Shown piece after piece: positions 53,560 to 64,000 of a stretch of DNA of 64,000 nucleotides (positions are counted from its first letter, which is position 1; the number at the start of each line of letters is the position of its first letter). A program made the position numbers and the translations under genes. Location: contig NC_087437.1 of assembly GCF_036321535.1 (NCBI RefSeq), positions 5,828,001 to 5,892,000 of the forward strand, written 5' to 3'. The notes beneath the pieces are model-generated. The model was given only the letters and a program-made list of their open reading frames with translations. It made no database searches and was not told the DNA's origin. Source of the DNA: Camelus dromedarius. Lineage: Eukaryota.

Positions 53560-54715
53560 GGTTGCATAGAAGGAGAGTCAGAAATCCGGATGCCCAGCTG
53601 AACAGTAGACGTATGAAAGTACACAGGAAATGTGAGAATTACAGCTGCTCCACGTTGTTTGTAATGGCCAAGGATTTGAAGCCATGTCCATTGGTCCATC
53701 AGGGGACTGGTTAGCAAGCGCCAGCCCACCCACACGCTGGGGTCTGTGCAGCTGTTAGACAGACAGAGGGTGAGGACGAGGTCCATACACTGGACGGCGT
53801 GACAACCACATGTGTGACACGAGGCAGGTCTGCAGTGTGCTGCTTCTGTGCGAGAAATGGAGGACTGTGAACACAGAGACACATGTACTTGGATTTTCAA
53901 GGAGAAACCAGGCCATAAGAGAAATTAGGAACTAATAAAAATGTATAAGGGGAGGGAGGGATGAGGGCAGAGGAGACCAGGAAGAAAGTCAGACTTACCT
54001 GAACACACCCTGATATGTAGTTTGACTTTGGATTCATAAGACAAAGTACATCCAAAAAAGAAAAAAAAAAAAAAAAAAAGAAGGAAACACATGAACCGAA
54101 TTGTACTTTGTTAGTGACAGAACTATGTAAAAAAAAAAATTATTCTGACTGTAGAACACAATATTTTTACTGTACATTCTCAGTGAGATATACACTAAGG
54201 ACAAAAAAAAAAAACAAACGAGTTGCAGAGTTTAAGTGTATTTAGCGTTTTACTATTAGTTATGTGGATGTGGTTAAGAATGATTTTCTGTCTGAGAAAA
54301 GAAATAAGCGTAATTTTTAAAAATTATGTAAAAATCTTGTATGCTTAAATTTGAAGTATTACCAAGATCTTATTCTTCCCTTAAAAAAAAAATATATCTA
54401 TGTACCCAAGATCTGTTCAATAAAAAGACCTAAAAATCCATGAAAACTCAGTAACAATGAGCACCCCCAGCCCCCAGATTGTGGCCTTTAAACACCATCC
54501 CCACTTTAAACATCCAGAGGCCCTTGGGGAAATGCCCCGTCCCAGATCTGGGATGAGAAGTGTGCTGGCGAGTCTAGAATGTCATGTGTCAGGAAGCAAG
54601 GGAAGTATCAGAGGCCAACCGGTGATTTCAAAAGGACATAGGAACCAGTCTGAAGGGCTCCCATTGGCCAGAGATGGAATAATTAACTGCAGATGAATAT
54701 GTAAAAAACCCATGA
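53560..54715 (+). mobile_element. ancient L1M (L1MC-like) 3' region
   Basis: gtttgtaatggccaagg...tccatcaggggactggtt (ORF2 end-like) and agtaacaatgagcacccccagcccccagattgtggc (L1MC 3' UTR-like); boundaries approximate. Confidence 0.5.
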
Positions 54716-54994
54716 GTTGTAGTGTCAAACAGGTAAAGGTCTGTCACCCCACTCTGCGCTGAGACTACTTCGAATGACAGTGGGGAGCGTTCGCTGATGA
54801 CGTTCAGTTCTGGTGAAGAGTCACAGAAGCAGAGTTAGGCTCTTGGGCTTTTCCCCTCCCCTCCCCCCTACAGTAGGCTTAGGGATCTGCCCTCAGACCG
54901 ACTCTTGCGGGGACAGGAAACACATCACTTTGCACTCTTTTCATCCCCAGTGGCCAACACCACGTCCTCAGCAGAGCTGCAATGCACCTCTGAG

Positions 54995-55110
54995 GTTCCC
55001 GAGACCTGGGTTCTGGTCCAGCTCTTCCTCCTGCTCCGTCCACAGCCTCAATCTCTGAACCTTGCTGGGCCTCAGTTGCCTCATCTCTAAAATAAAACAG
55101 AACAATCACA
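54995..55110 (+). mobile_element. MIR relic
   Basis: gagacctgggttctggtcc...ctgggcctcagttgcctcatctctaaaat. Confidence 0.55.
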
Positions 55111-55212
55111 CGTGCCCTGACTGCCCTTCAGAAGCACGAGGATCGGTCGCCCCCTCTAAGATCCTCCCGCCTTGCTGATGCCGTGAATTGTCCGTGTTTC
55201 CCCCATTGCTAC

Positions 55213-55396
55213 ATTCCTTTTCATTTTTTAATTTTTTAAAAATTCTACCATGTGTTTGTTTATTTTTAACATTTTTTAGGGGGGGATGTGATTATCTTTT
55301 TAAAATTCATTTATTATTTTTAATGGAGGTGCTGGGGATTGAACCCAGGACCTTGTGCGCTAAGCACGCGCTCTACCTCTGAGCCACACACCCGCC
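55213..55396 (-). mobile_element. Vic-1-type SINE about 145 nt upstream of the exon 5 acceptor
   Basis: taatggaggtgctggggattgaacccaggaccttgtgcgctaagcacgcgctctacctctgagc; near-TSD ccccattgctac (55201-55212) / ccccactgctac (55395-55406). Confidence 0.85.
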
Positions 55397-55541
55397 CCAC
55401 TGCTACGGTCTTCAGTAGGCACTTCATGGGTTCCCAGTGGGGAGGGGAATCTTTTTCACTACGCCGAGGAGAATGAATATCGCCGGTCATTCCCACAGAT
55501 CAGACGGGCAGTAACAGCCTGCGTCTTCTCGTTCCTTTCAG

Positions 55542-55651
55542 CCATGGAATTCCACGAGCACCTGCACAGCATAGGCGCCAAGGAGGGGCTGAAGGAGCGC
55601 AAGCTGCAGAAGGCCGTGGAGAGCTTTACCTGGAACATCACCATCCTAAAG
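55542..55651 (+). CDS. PLCL2: PLCL2 exon 5 ([37 protein letters not shown])
   Basis: Acceptor tcttctcgttcctttcAG (55540-55541). The leading CC completes the split codon G|CC (Ala) from exon 4. Donor AAG|gtacgg at 55652. 110 nt, phase 1/0. No stop is reached, so the terminal exon lies beyond the window. Confidence 0.94.
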
Positions 55652-56819
55652 GTACGGTGCGCCAACGCTGTTTGTTTCCAGCAGGTTTCGTCCCGTCAGC
55701 GGGACTGTTCCCTAGTGGCACGTTATCAGCCGCTCAAGGGCGTGGTCACCGAGGTCCAGGGAGAGGTCTGCTCTCTGCAGGGGTCGGGGGCGGGGTGCGT
55801 CTGCGGGCACGGTAGCTGGGCAGTGCGGCTCACGGCGGGGGGGGGGGGGGGGGGGGGACTTGGGGACTCGAGCGGTCCGCACGCTGTGGATTCTGCCGAG
55901 AAGGGAGAGGGCCTTGCATTTCCTCCTCAAAGCCCTGTCGGGTTCGTCAGTGCAGCTGCTTTGTGTGAAATCGAGAACGCTGACTACAGATGGATGCCTG
56001 GGAATTTGAACATGCTGGTCACTCAGATTTCATGCAGCACTTTAAAGTATAATCGCAGCCTAATGTCGATGTGATCCCAGGGGGAAAAAAGGAAAGAATT
56101 GAGGGGGGCATAATCCGGAGAAATGGATAAAGGAATTGCCATTTGAAAGGAATTTTCCTTCAAGGGGATAACCATCTACATCCGCTTGTTCGCTTCTTTC
56201 CTTCTTTTCCTTTCCAGTCTGTTTGTCCTTCCCTCCTTTCCTTCTGTCTTTCTGTCTCAGCATGACCATTTTAAAAGAATTGAGTTTTATTACTTTCATT
56301 GTAAAAGTATTGTATTTTCGTTGTAGAAAATGTCAGAAAAGCACAACCAGAGGTAAACGTGGCCCTACCGTCCAGCAGTCTTTTGCTCTGCAGTCTCCTG
56401 GCTTTTCTCTGTGTGGTTATATAACATGACATGATTTGTAAAACAACATTGTGTCTGTGCCTCGGAACTTTTGTGAGTTTTGTCTCAATGGTCTTTACTT
56501 TTCTTTGTCAGTGTTTGGGACCTTGAATAATAATAACACAGAAACATTATTTCACTCTAGACCTTGGACAGCTAAATGTAAAATGACTCTCTGGTCCACC
56601 CTCCAAACTTTCTGCTCGGTTGAATTCAAAACTGTGAGGACGTTACCACAGCTGCCTCTTTGAGTTTCTCTGTTCCCCTTCAAGGCAAAAGATCCATCCT
56701 GCAGCTGACAGCAGTTTTCTGGTTTAATTAAATAAAAAGTCACCCTTCCAGAGCTAGCCAGCTTGCATTGCCTCGTATTAAGCCCCTACTCAGTTTTATA
56801 ATTAAAATCATTTTTAAAA

Positions 56820-56844
56820 TTTTTTGGTGGGGGGAGGCAATTAG

Positions 56845-56883
<39 letters not shown>

Positions 56884-56909
56884 GGCACTGGGGATTGAAC
56901 CCAGCACCT
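56820..56909 (-). mobile_element. 5'-truncated Vic-1-type SINE containing (GATT)9
   Basis: ggggaggcaattagg-(gatt)9-ggaggcactggggattgaacccag. Confidence 0.8.
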
Positions 56910-57204
56910 GGTGACTGTTTTTAAATTGCTAGATCTTCTGCTTAGTATGTAACTGATCATTTGCAGTTCAGTAAACAGCAGATGCAAAAATTGACAATGA
57001 AGAGGAATTTGACTTTCCTACTTGCTGACTCCCTGTCAACCAGAGGTGGGGGGTACGCTACAAATTTCCTGCAAACCTCAGGAAAAAAAGAACACAGCAA
57101 TTTATGGCCCTGTGGTAGGAACGGATGCCCATTTGGCTTTTATTTTATTATGGGCAAAAACAGGCTGAAGGAGCATCCTTTCATCCGTCAGCCATCCATG
57201 CTGT

Positions 57205-57357
57205 TCGTTCCAGCCCAGGATCCAGCAGCCTGGGCGTCACCTGGGAGCTTGTTCAAAATGCAGACTCCCGCACCCCACCAAGGCCTGCTGAGTCAGAATC
57301 TGCGTTTTAATAAGATCCTGGGGGATTCTTATGCACATTAAAGTTTGAGAAGCCCTG
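57205..57357. mobile_element. MER5A-type DNA transposon relic
   Basis: cagcagc...tcacctgggagcttgttcaaaatgcagactccc...gagtcagaatctgcgttttaataagatcc...ttaaagtttgagaagccctg. Confidence 0.8.
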
Positions 57358-57994
57358 GGCCAAGAGCCACCAGAAATGGCCCACATATTAATGAAAAACA
57401 GCTGACGTGAAGTAGAAATTTAGAAAGAACAAAACTAAACCAAACAGCTACACCGAGGAAATGAATTTTCTTTTGCATTATGTCGGGGAGAGAGAATTAA
57501 CACCTCAGACTTATGTTCACATGGGAACAGACGCACTGAACAGGGTGACAGATCTTTGTCAGGCGCCTAGGACGGTGTTTGCTGCGGGCGGTGCTGGAGT
57601 CTGGGGCAGCCCAGGCGACGAGCGGAAGAGCTGGAGAGAGGGGTGTGTCTCTGCTGTGCGAGGGAAGGGCTTTTCTCACTGCTGCACATTTCACAGACTT
57701 AAACTTTCTAGGGAAGAATCCACGCCCACGGAGTCCCGGCCAGGAACGCGGGTCAGAGTTGAGCTCCCCGCCTTTCCCGGCCGGAGGGGATGGAGTCCCG
57801 TGAGTCCCCCTCGCCACTTGTCCTTTTCGCCAAGCTCGGAGAGGGTCGGCCCTCCAGGGCCCCGTGTGGTGTGCGGTGGGCAGCAGGTGCCTCATGATGG
57901 CAGGGAGGCTCGGGGAAGGCTCCAGGTGATGCTGGATGTGGAGAGCAGACAGGAGGTTGTGCTGAGGGGGCCCTGAAGCTGAGGCCAGACACAG

Positions 57995-58128
57995 GGATTA
58001 TCTGGGCGCTTAAAACGGGGCCTCCTGAGCCCCACCCCAGACCTTTGGGGTCAGACTCTTGGGGATGGACACAGGAATCTGCCTGTTATGGATTCTGAGG
58101 GACCCTAAAAAAAACCAAGTACCACTGC
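57995..58128. mobile_element. MER5-like relic
   Basis: attatctgggcgcttaaaa...cccaccccagacc...caggaatctgc...accactg. Confidence 0.45.
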
Positions 58129-58495
58129 CCTGGAATCGAATCAGAAGTACCTTTCCCTGTGCATCACCCCACTCATTTGAATAACGAAGGAGGCATGGGA
58201 CATAGGATTTACTGTCAGAAGAGGGACTGTCCAGGCAGATGGATGACCCGTTGTCACCTGCAGAGCAGGCAGCCCGCCAGAAACCCCTTTCGTCCAAGCA
58301 TGTCCAGCCCAGTTTTAGTTTTTCCAGTTTTAAGAATTGCTTTAAAATGCAGCAGTGAACCAAGGAGAAATATCATCCTCTATCACCACACCCAGAACCA
58401 CCCACTGTTAATATTTTTGCGTATTTATTTCCAGTTATTTTTTCTTTGAATAAAAACCATTTATTTTTGTAAATACATCTTCATTACAAAGAACT

Positions 58496-59931
58496 ATTTT
58501 AGTGAAGTATAGTTAATTTGCAGTGTTGTGTTATTTTCTGGTGTACAGCATAGTGACTCAGTTATACATGTATATATTCTTTTTCATATTCTACAGTAGG
58601 ACCTTGTTGTTTATCTATTTTATGTATATACTAATTTGTAATTAATCCCAAACTCCTAATTTATATCTCCCCCCTCTCCTCCCCAACTGGTAACCATAAG
58701 TTTGTTCTCTGTGAGTCTGTTTCTGTTTTGTAAATAAGTTCATTTGTGTCATTTTTTGGACTCCACATACAAATGATATCATATGGTATTTTTATTTCTT
58801 TCTCTGACTTACTTCATTTAGTATGATAATCTCTAGGTCCATCCATGTTGCTGCAAATGGCATTATTTCACTCTTTTTGATGGCTGAGTAGTATTCCATT
58901 GCATATATATACCACAACTTTTTTATCCAGTCATCTGTTGATGGGCATTTAGGTTGGTTCCATGTCTTGGCTACTGTAAACAGTGTTGCTATGAACATTG
59001 GGGTGTGTGTCTTTTCAAATTAGCGTTCCCTCTAGATATTGATGGATCATATGGTAAGTCTATTTGTAGCTTTTTAAGGAACCTCCATACTGTTCTCCAT
59101 GGTGGCTGCACAAATCTGCATTCCCACCAGCAGTGTAGGAGGGTTCCCTTTTCTATACCCTCTCTAGCATTTTATTATTTGTAGACTTTTGAATGATGGC
59201 CATTCTGACTGGTATGAGGTGATACCTCATTGTACATTTCTCTGCTAATGAGGGATATTAAACATTTTTTCATGTGCCTATTGGCCACCTGTATGTCTTC
59301 TTTGGAGAAATGTCTGGGTCTTCTGCCTGTTTTTGCTTGGGTTTCTTGTTTGTTATTAAGTTGTATGAGCTGTTCATATATTCTGGAAATTATGCCTTTG
59401 TCAGTTGCATCATTTGCAAATATAGTTCTCTCATTTCATTGGGTGTGTTTTCATTTTTGTTTATGGTTTCCTTAGCTATACAAAAGCTTATGTTTAATTA
59501 GGTCTTACATGTTTATTTTTGCTTTTATTTCTGTTGCCTTGGGAGACTGACCTAGGAAAAGTTTGCTACTATTTATATTAGAGAATGTTTTGCCTGTGTT
59601 CTCTTCTAGGAGGTGTATGGTGTCCTGTCTTATATTTAAGTCTTTAAGCCATTTTGAGTTTATTTTTGTGTGTGGTGTGAGGGAGTGTTCTAACTTTATT
59701 TACATGTAGCTGCCCAGTTTTCCCAACACCACTTGCTGGAGAGACTGTCTTTTCTCCATTGTATATTCTTGCCTCCTTTGTCAAAGATTAATTGACCATG
59801 GGTGTGTGGGTTTATTTCTGGGCTCTCTAGTCTGTTCCATTGATCCATGTGTCCGTTTTTATGCCAATACCACACTGTTTTGCTGTAGCTCTGTAGTATT
59901 GTCTCAAGTCTGAGAGGGATTATGCCTCCAG
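58496..59931 (-). mobile_element. about 1.4 kb 5'-truncated LINE-1 with 17-bp TSD
   Basis: Minus ORF 58792..58998 [42 protein letters not shown] is the L1 ORF2 C-terminus; the upstream ORF2 is disrupted. TSD cttcattacaaagaact (58479-58495) / cttcattatgaagaact (59932-59948). Confidence 0.92.
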
Positions 59932-60924
59932 CTTCATTATGAAGAACTTTTTTTTTAATGTAGAAAAGGTAAGTTTTAAAACGACCTCTGATCCTCCCTC
60001 TGATAAATAATTATTAAATGTAAGTGACTTTATTCCAGGAACCTTTTCATATGCATGTGGGTGGATGGAAATACATTTTATTGATTCTGAGTCATACTTT
60101 TCACATCTTTGATATTCGTGTGTATCTGTTAATCCATGGCATCTTTGCATCGTGTCCTACTTAAACTGGCAGTGATTTTCTTCCTTAGTGGTATATAGAA
60201 TGGTATGTCTCACAGGCACTAGTGTCTTGTGAAATGAGGTATATTAGTAGATAGAATCCTACTGTAAGTGCTCTATTTAATTTTTTTAAAGTACTAACTT
60301 TCACTTTACTTAACAGGAAAAAAGCAAACCATAAAGAAACTAAATTAATTGCTGACCAATTTTTATTTTAAGGGATATTTATTTCCTAGAAAATCCCTCT
60401 TGAGTTAAAGAGATTCTGAAAAATATTAATTGGAGTCATTTTGTTGGGTTCTCTGAAAGCTACGCATTTCAATTGTAAGTTTTGTTGGGTTGACCCTCTG
60501 CTGTGAAAGATGAAAATATTTGCACTAATATTTCTGGATGGGGAGTTAGGCATATGGTTAGTTTTCCATCGTCTGGGTTTAAATATCCCCAGCTCGTCAC
60601 AGGACTGTAATTCCCACGTTGCTTGCTGTAAGTTCAATATTTAAATTGGTTCACTGTCACCGCCAGTCCCAGACATCACCCATGCTTTTCTGCAGACAGA
60701 GGGTGTGGCAGAGAAACAAGAGAAATCTCAGCTGGGGTCATAGACAGCCTTTGTCTGGACACTTGGGCCCAGCTTTCTCAGAGTTTGTAACCATCCTGTT
60801 CTAGACTTTCTGCTGCATAATTGGGGAGGTGGGGTGAAGTCCACCCCCACGGGCTTCTGAGAGCTTCTTTAATTCATAGGCCAGCCCTCAAGACCTCACA
60901 ACTATTAGTCAAACAGCACCATTC

Positions 60925-61560
60925 TTTTTTTTTTGGATCAGCTTTATTGAGGTATCATTTGCATAAAATAAAATTCACCAATTTTAACAGTGCCATTCAA
61001 GGAATTCTGACAACTGTATACAGTCGTGCCATCCCCACAGCACTGACTGACAGAGAACTTCCATCACCCCTAGAAACTCCCTTATGTCCCTTTGGAGTAA
61101 ACCACCCCCACCTTGCTTTGCCTCTGCAGTTTTACCCGTCTCAGAAAAGCCTTGTACGTGGATTCATGGAGTGGAGTGCGTTCCGCAGGACTCTCCTGAG
61201 CATCAGCCAAGCTGATGTATGTTTCAGTGAGCTTGAACCACCCTCTGTTCGTACATTCACTGCTTAACACATTTGGGTTGTTCCCAGTTTTTAGCTATTA
61301 GGAGTGAAGCTGCGATGAACATTCACCTACCCGTCTTTGTGTGGACACGCATTTTTTTTTTTCTTGGGTCAATACCTATGAGTAGACTTGCTGGGTCATA
61401 TGGTGAGTGAGTGTCAGACCTCATAAGAAATTGCCAACTGCTTTACGAACTGTTGCATTTTGTATCCCCCGGCAGTGCTGTGAGCGGTCCAGTCACTCCA
61501 CACCCGTGGCAACGTTTGCTCTTGTCGGTGTAGCCAGCCTAGTAAGCGTATAGAGGTTGA
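60925..61560 (-). mobile_element. ancient L1M 3' region
   Basis: gctttattgaggtatcatttgcataaaataaaattcacca...catttgggttgttcccagtttttagctatt...ttgctgggtcatatggt. Confidence 0.75.
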
Positions 61561-63890
61561 GCATCTTTTCTGTTTTGGGTTTTTTGTTTTTAGGTTTTTA
61601 AAAAAAGATTATGAGGGGCTTTAGTGTGGTTTTCTTTATGTTTCTTCTGCTTAGCTTAGAGGGGTTTTTTTTCTTGAGATTTTTCTAGATATGGGTTTGT
61701 AGTTTTCATCCAATTTGGGGATTTTTCAGCCATTGTGTCTTTAAATTTTTTTCCGTTTTACCCCTTCTCTCTTCTTCTGTAAGTCCATTTATACACATGC
61801 ATGCTTGATACTATCCTGCAAGTCGCAGATGCACACTGCTCATTTGTTTTTAGGCCTTTTTTTCTGTTTTCTTTAATAATTTCTATTGCTACATCTTAGA
61901 GCAATATTGCTGTCTCTTCTACAGCATCTAATCCGACATTAATCCTAGGCGGTGGGGTTTTCATTTTGAATTTCCCCGCTTCTCCGCTTTGTGCTCATGA
62001 CATCCTGTACCTTCTAGAACATGTATGATGTTTACAGTGGCCGTTTTAGGGCTCCCTCCCTCCCCCACCCTGCCTCCCACCTCGCACCTGCTGGGCCTCC
62101 CTGAGCTCCAGGCTGTGTCCCCAGCTGCACAGGACTGTGGGGCCCTGTCTGGGCTCCACCCTCCCCACGCTGCAGCCTGGAGGCTCTCCACGTGACGGGC
62201 TGGGCCTCGGATCCGCAGCCCTTCTCCCGCGGCCCACCGCCTTGCTCTGCACAGCCATCACTTACTGTGTGTGCTGTGTTCTATCCAGTTGTATCTGCCT
62301 CATTCCTAACTTTCCTGTCCCCTCTTCTCCATCACTCAGAAATAAAACTCAAAAGACACTCAGTTTCTCTCTCCAGGTTGGGTGACTAGTAAGAGTTTTT
62401 ATGAATTGCCAGTGTGAGTTCTGTGAGTTTCATTAAATTATGTTCCTTTCTTTGTGTGGCTGCTGCTCACGTGTGTGTGAGAGAGCCCATTTTCCTTTTT
62501 GCTCATTTCACGAGGAACATGGAAAGGAAATTCTGTCGTGTGATTTGAACCCACCGGGTTCATCCAAATGTTCGGTGCCATTGTCCTCCCGGTGCTAATC
62601 ACTTACACGGTTTCTACGTAGGGCCGTTCCTAAAACGGAGGGTCCTGTGGTAACTGTTACAGGCTCTATTTTTGGTGAGGAGCAGAAACTCAACTCAGAG
62701 GAGAAGACACGGCCTACCCCGGGCGTCGTGAGGGGGACGGTATCTCAGGGAAACTGGAGCTTCTGACGCTGTATAAGTTGCTCTTGTCTTGGCCTAGCCC
62801 GGACTGTACCTTCGAAGGTCTTCTTTCCAGGACTATTTGTATCTCCTAGTCCGCATTCTAAGGAGAGGAACTCCGGGGGGCTCAGCCTGTCCCTGCAGCC
62901 CCAGCCCACCCACCCGCAAGCTCTGAGCCTCTCTGGTGTCCAGCCTCTGTGGGTTGGGGTCCCTCCTGGCTTCAGCCCATGGCATCCAGGAAGGGCCTGT
63001 CACCCCACACAAACACAGCCCCCTCTGGGCTGCGTCATCATCTGTTGCTGGGGGACAGACCACACCACAGCTGGTGGCTCATTCCTCAGGGTGCCGTTGC
63101 TCCAGCCACTCACAGGGCTGGGCCTGGAGCACCAGGAAGGCTTCCCTCCTGGGACCGGCTGCTCCTCTGGGCAGCGGGAAGGGCTGGTTTCTCTCCCCGT
63201 GGGGCTCACCGCCGGTAAGTCCAGCGCCAGCTTCTCCGTGGGGCTGCTGGGACCCTAGAAAGTAAGGCTTCGCAAGGTCATGGCCTCACCTCCTCCAGGT
63301 GATCAAAGCACATCGAGGCCAGTCCAGGTTCAAGGGCAGGGAAAGTGTGCCTGGATGGGGATGGAAGGCGTCCCTGGTGGCCGTGTTCACAGGAGCAGAC
63401 GCTGTGGACGAAGCGGTTTCCCTTCAGAGGGGTGGGAGACACCGCAGGCCAGCCTGCTTTCCTGCCAGGTGCTTGTCTCATGTTCTGTCACAGTCTGCAG
63501 CCCCTCACGGCTGCCGGCAGTGGCGCAGACTGGCCCCATCCCCTCCCCTTCATCCCTGTCCATATGTGGGGACTGTTGCATCTCCCCCAACCTCCCTGAC
63601 TCAGGATGAGGCGGCTTCTGGTCCCTCCCCCGAGGGTTGTGTTGACTTTCTACATTTCCTTCCATACTTGGTTTTACAGCAAATTTGCTCAAAAATACTT
63701 AACAGTCCTATTTTGTACAAAGTTTGCATCTATCATTCATTGCATTCCATACCATCTCCAATGAATGCTCCCTTAAGTATTCTGGAGAAGATGGCTGATA
63801 GTTGACATTATTTCAGTTTAGATTTCCCAGGGTTAATGGGCTCAGGAGGTGTGTTAGCATGTTCTCCAGCGGTGTTAGCGATGCTTGACC

Positions 63891-63923
63891 TGCACTATTC
63901 CAGCTGACCGCAGGAGGGCGCCG
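63891..63923 (+). promoter_or_regulatory. candidate CTCF site with upstream motif
   Basis: TGCACTATTCC-agc-TGACCGCAGGAGGGCGCCG resembles the CTCF core plus the TGCA upstream module; motif similarity only. Confidence 0.35.
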
Positions 63924-64000
63924 AGCTGGGCTTTGCATGTGGTTACTGGGTGGGTCCTTCCTTCCTTTCCGGCTGTCCTCTCCTTCCCCCACCCGCCCCC

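Noticed and set aside
55652..56074. Gly-rich tail of the 176-aa ORF 55544..56074
   Set aside because: Intron read-through; the poly-Gly is just the G21 run.
58496..59931. Active LINE-1
   Set aside because: 5'-truncated to about 1.4 kb with a disrupted ORF2; no ORF1 or endonuclease region anywhere in the window.
55652..64000. PLCL2 terminal exon
   Set aside because: I found no acceptor followed by the expected continuation (recalled as GQADLLK...); it presumably lies downstream of the window.

Overview
This is mammalian genomic DNA, almost certainly from a camelid (alpaca/llama/camel), judged from several tRNA-Ala-derived Vic-1-type SINEs. The whole window lies inside one + strand gene, PLCL2 (inactive phospholipase C-like protein 2, PRIP-2). 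Four coding exons with canonical AG/GT sites can be placed exactly: 607-3093 (2487 nt), 5516-5719 (204 nt), 33377-33452 (76 nt) and 55542-55651 (110 nt). They splice in frame to 959 codons. The first and last coding exons are outside the window; exon numbers 2-5 are assigned from recalled human structure. The rest is intron with 5'-truncated L1s, Vic-1 SINEs (several with target-site duplications), ancient MIR/L2/MER/MLT1 relics and microsatellites. Almost all other ORF-track entries are noise, repeat-derived or exon read-through. I see no convincing new gene or new biological system. The most worthwhile leads are: phase-symmetric exon blocks that would give stop-free circular ORFs if back-spliced; a sharp GC3 mosaic within exon 2; a SINE head that keeps a nearly complete tRNA-Ala cloverleaf; a dimeric SINE under one TSD; and a candidate extended CTCF site. 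Repeat family names come from recalled consensus sequences, not a database search.
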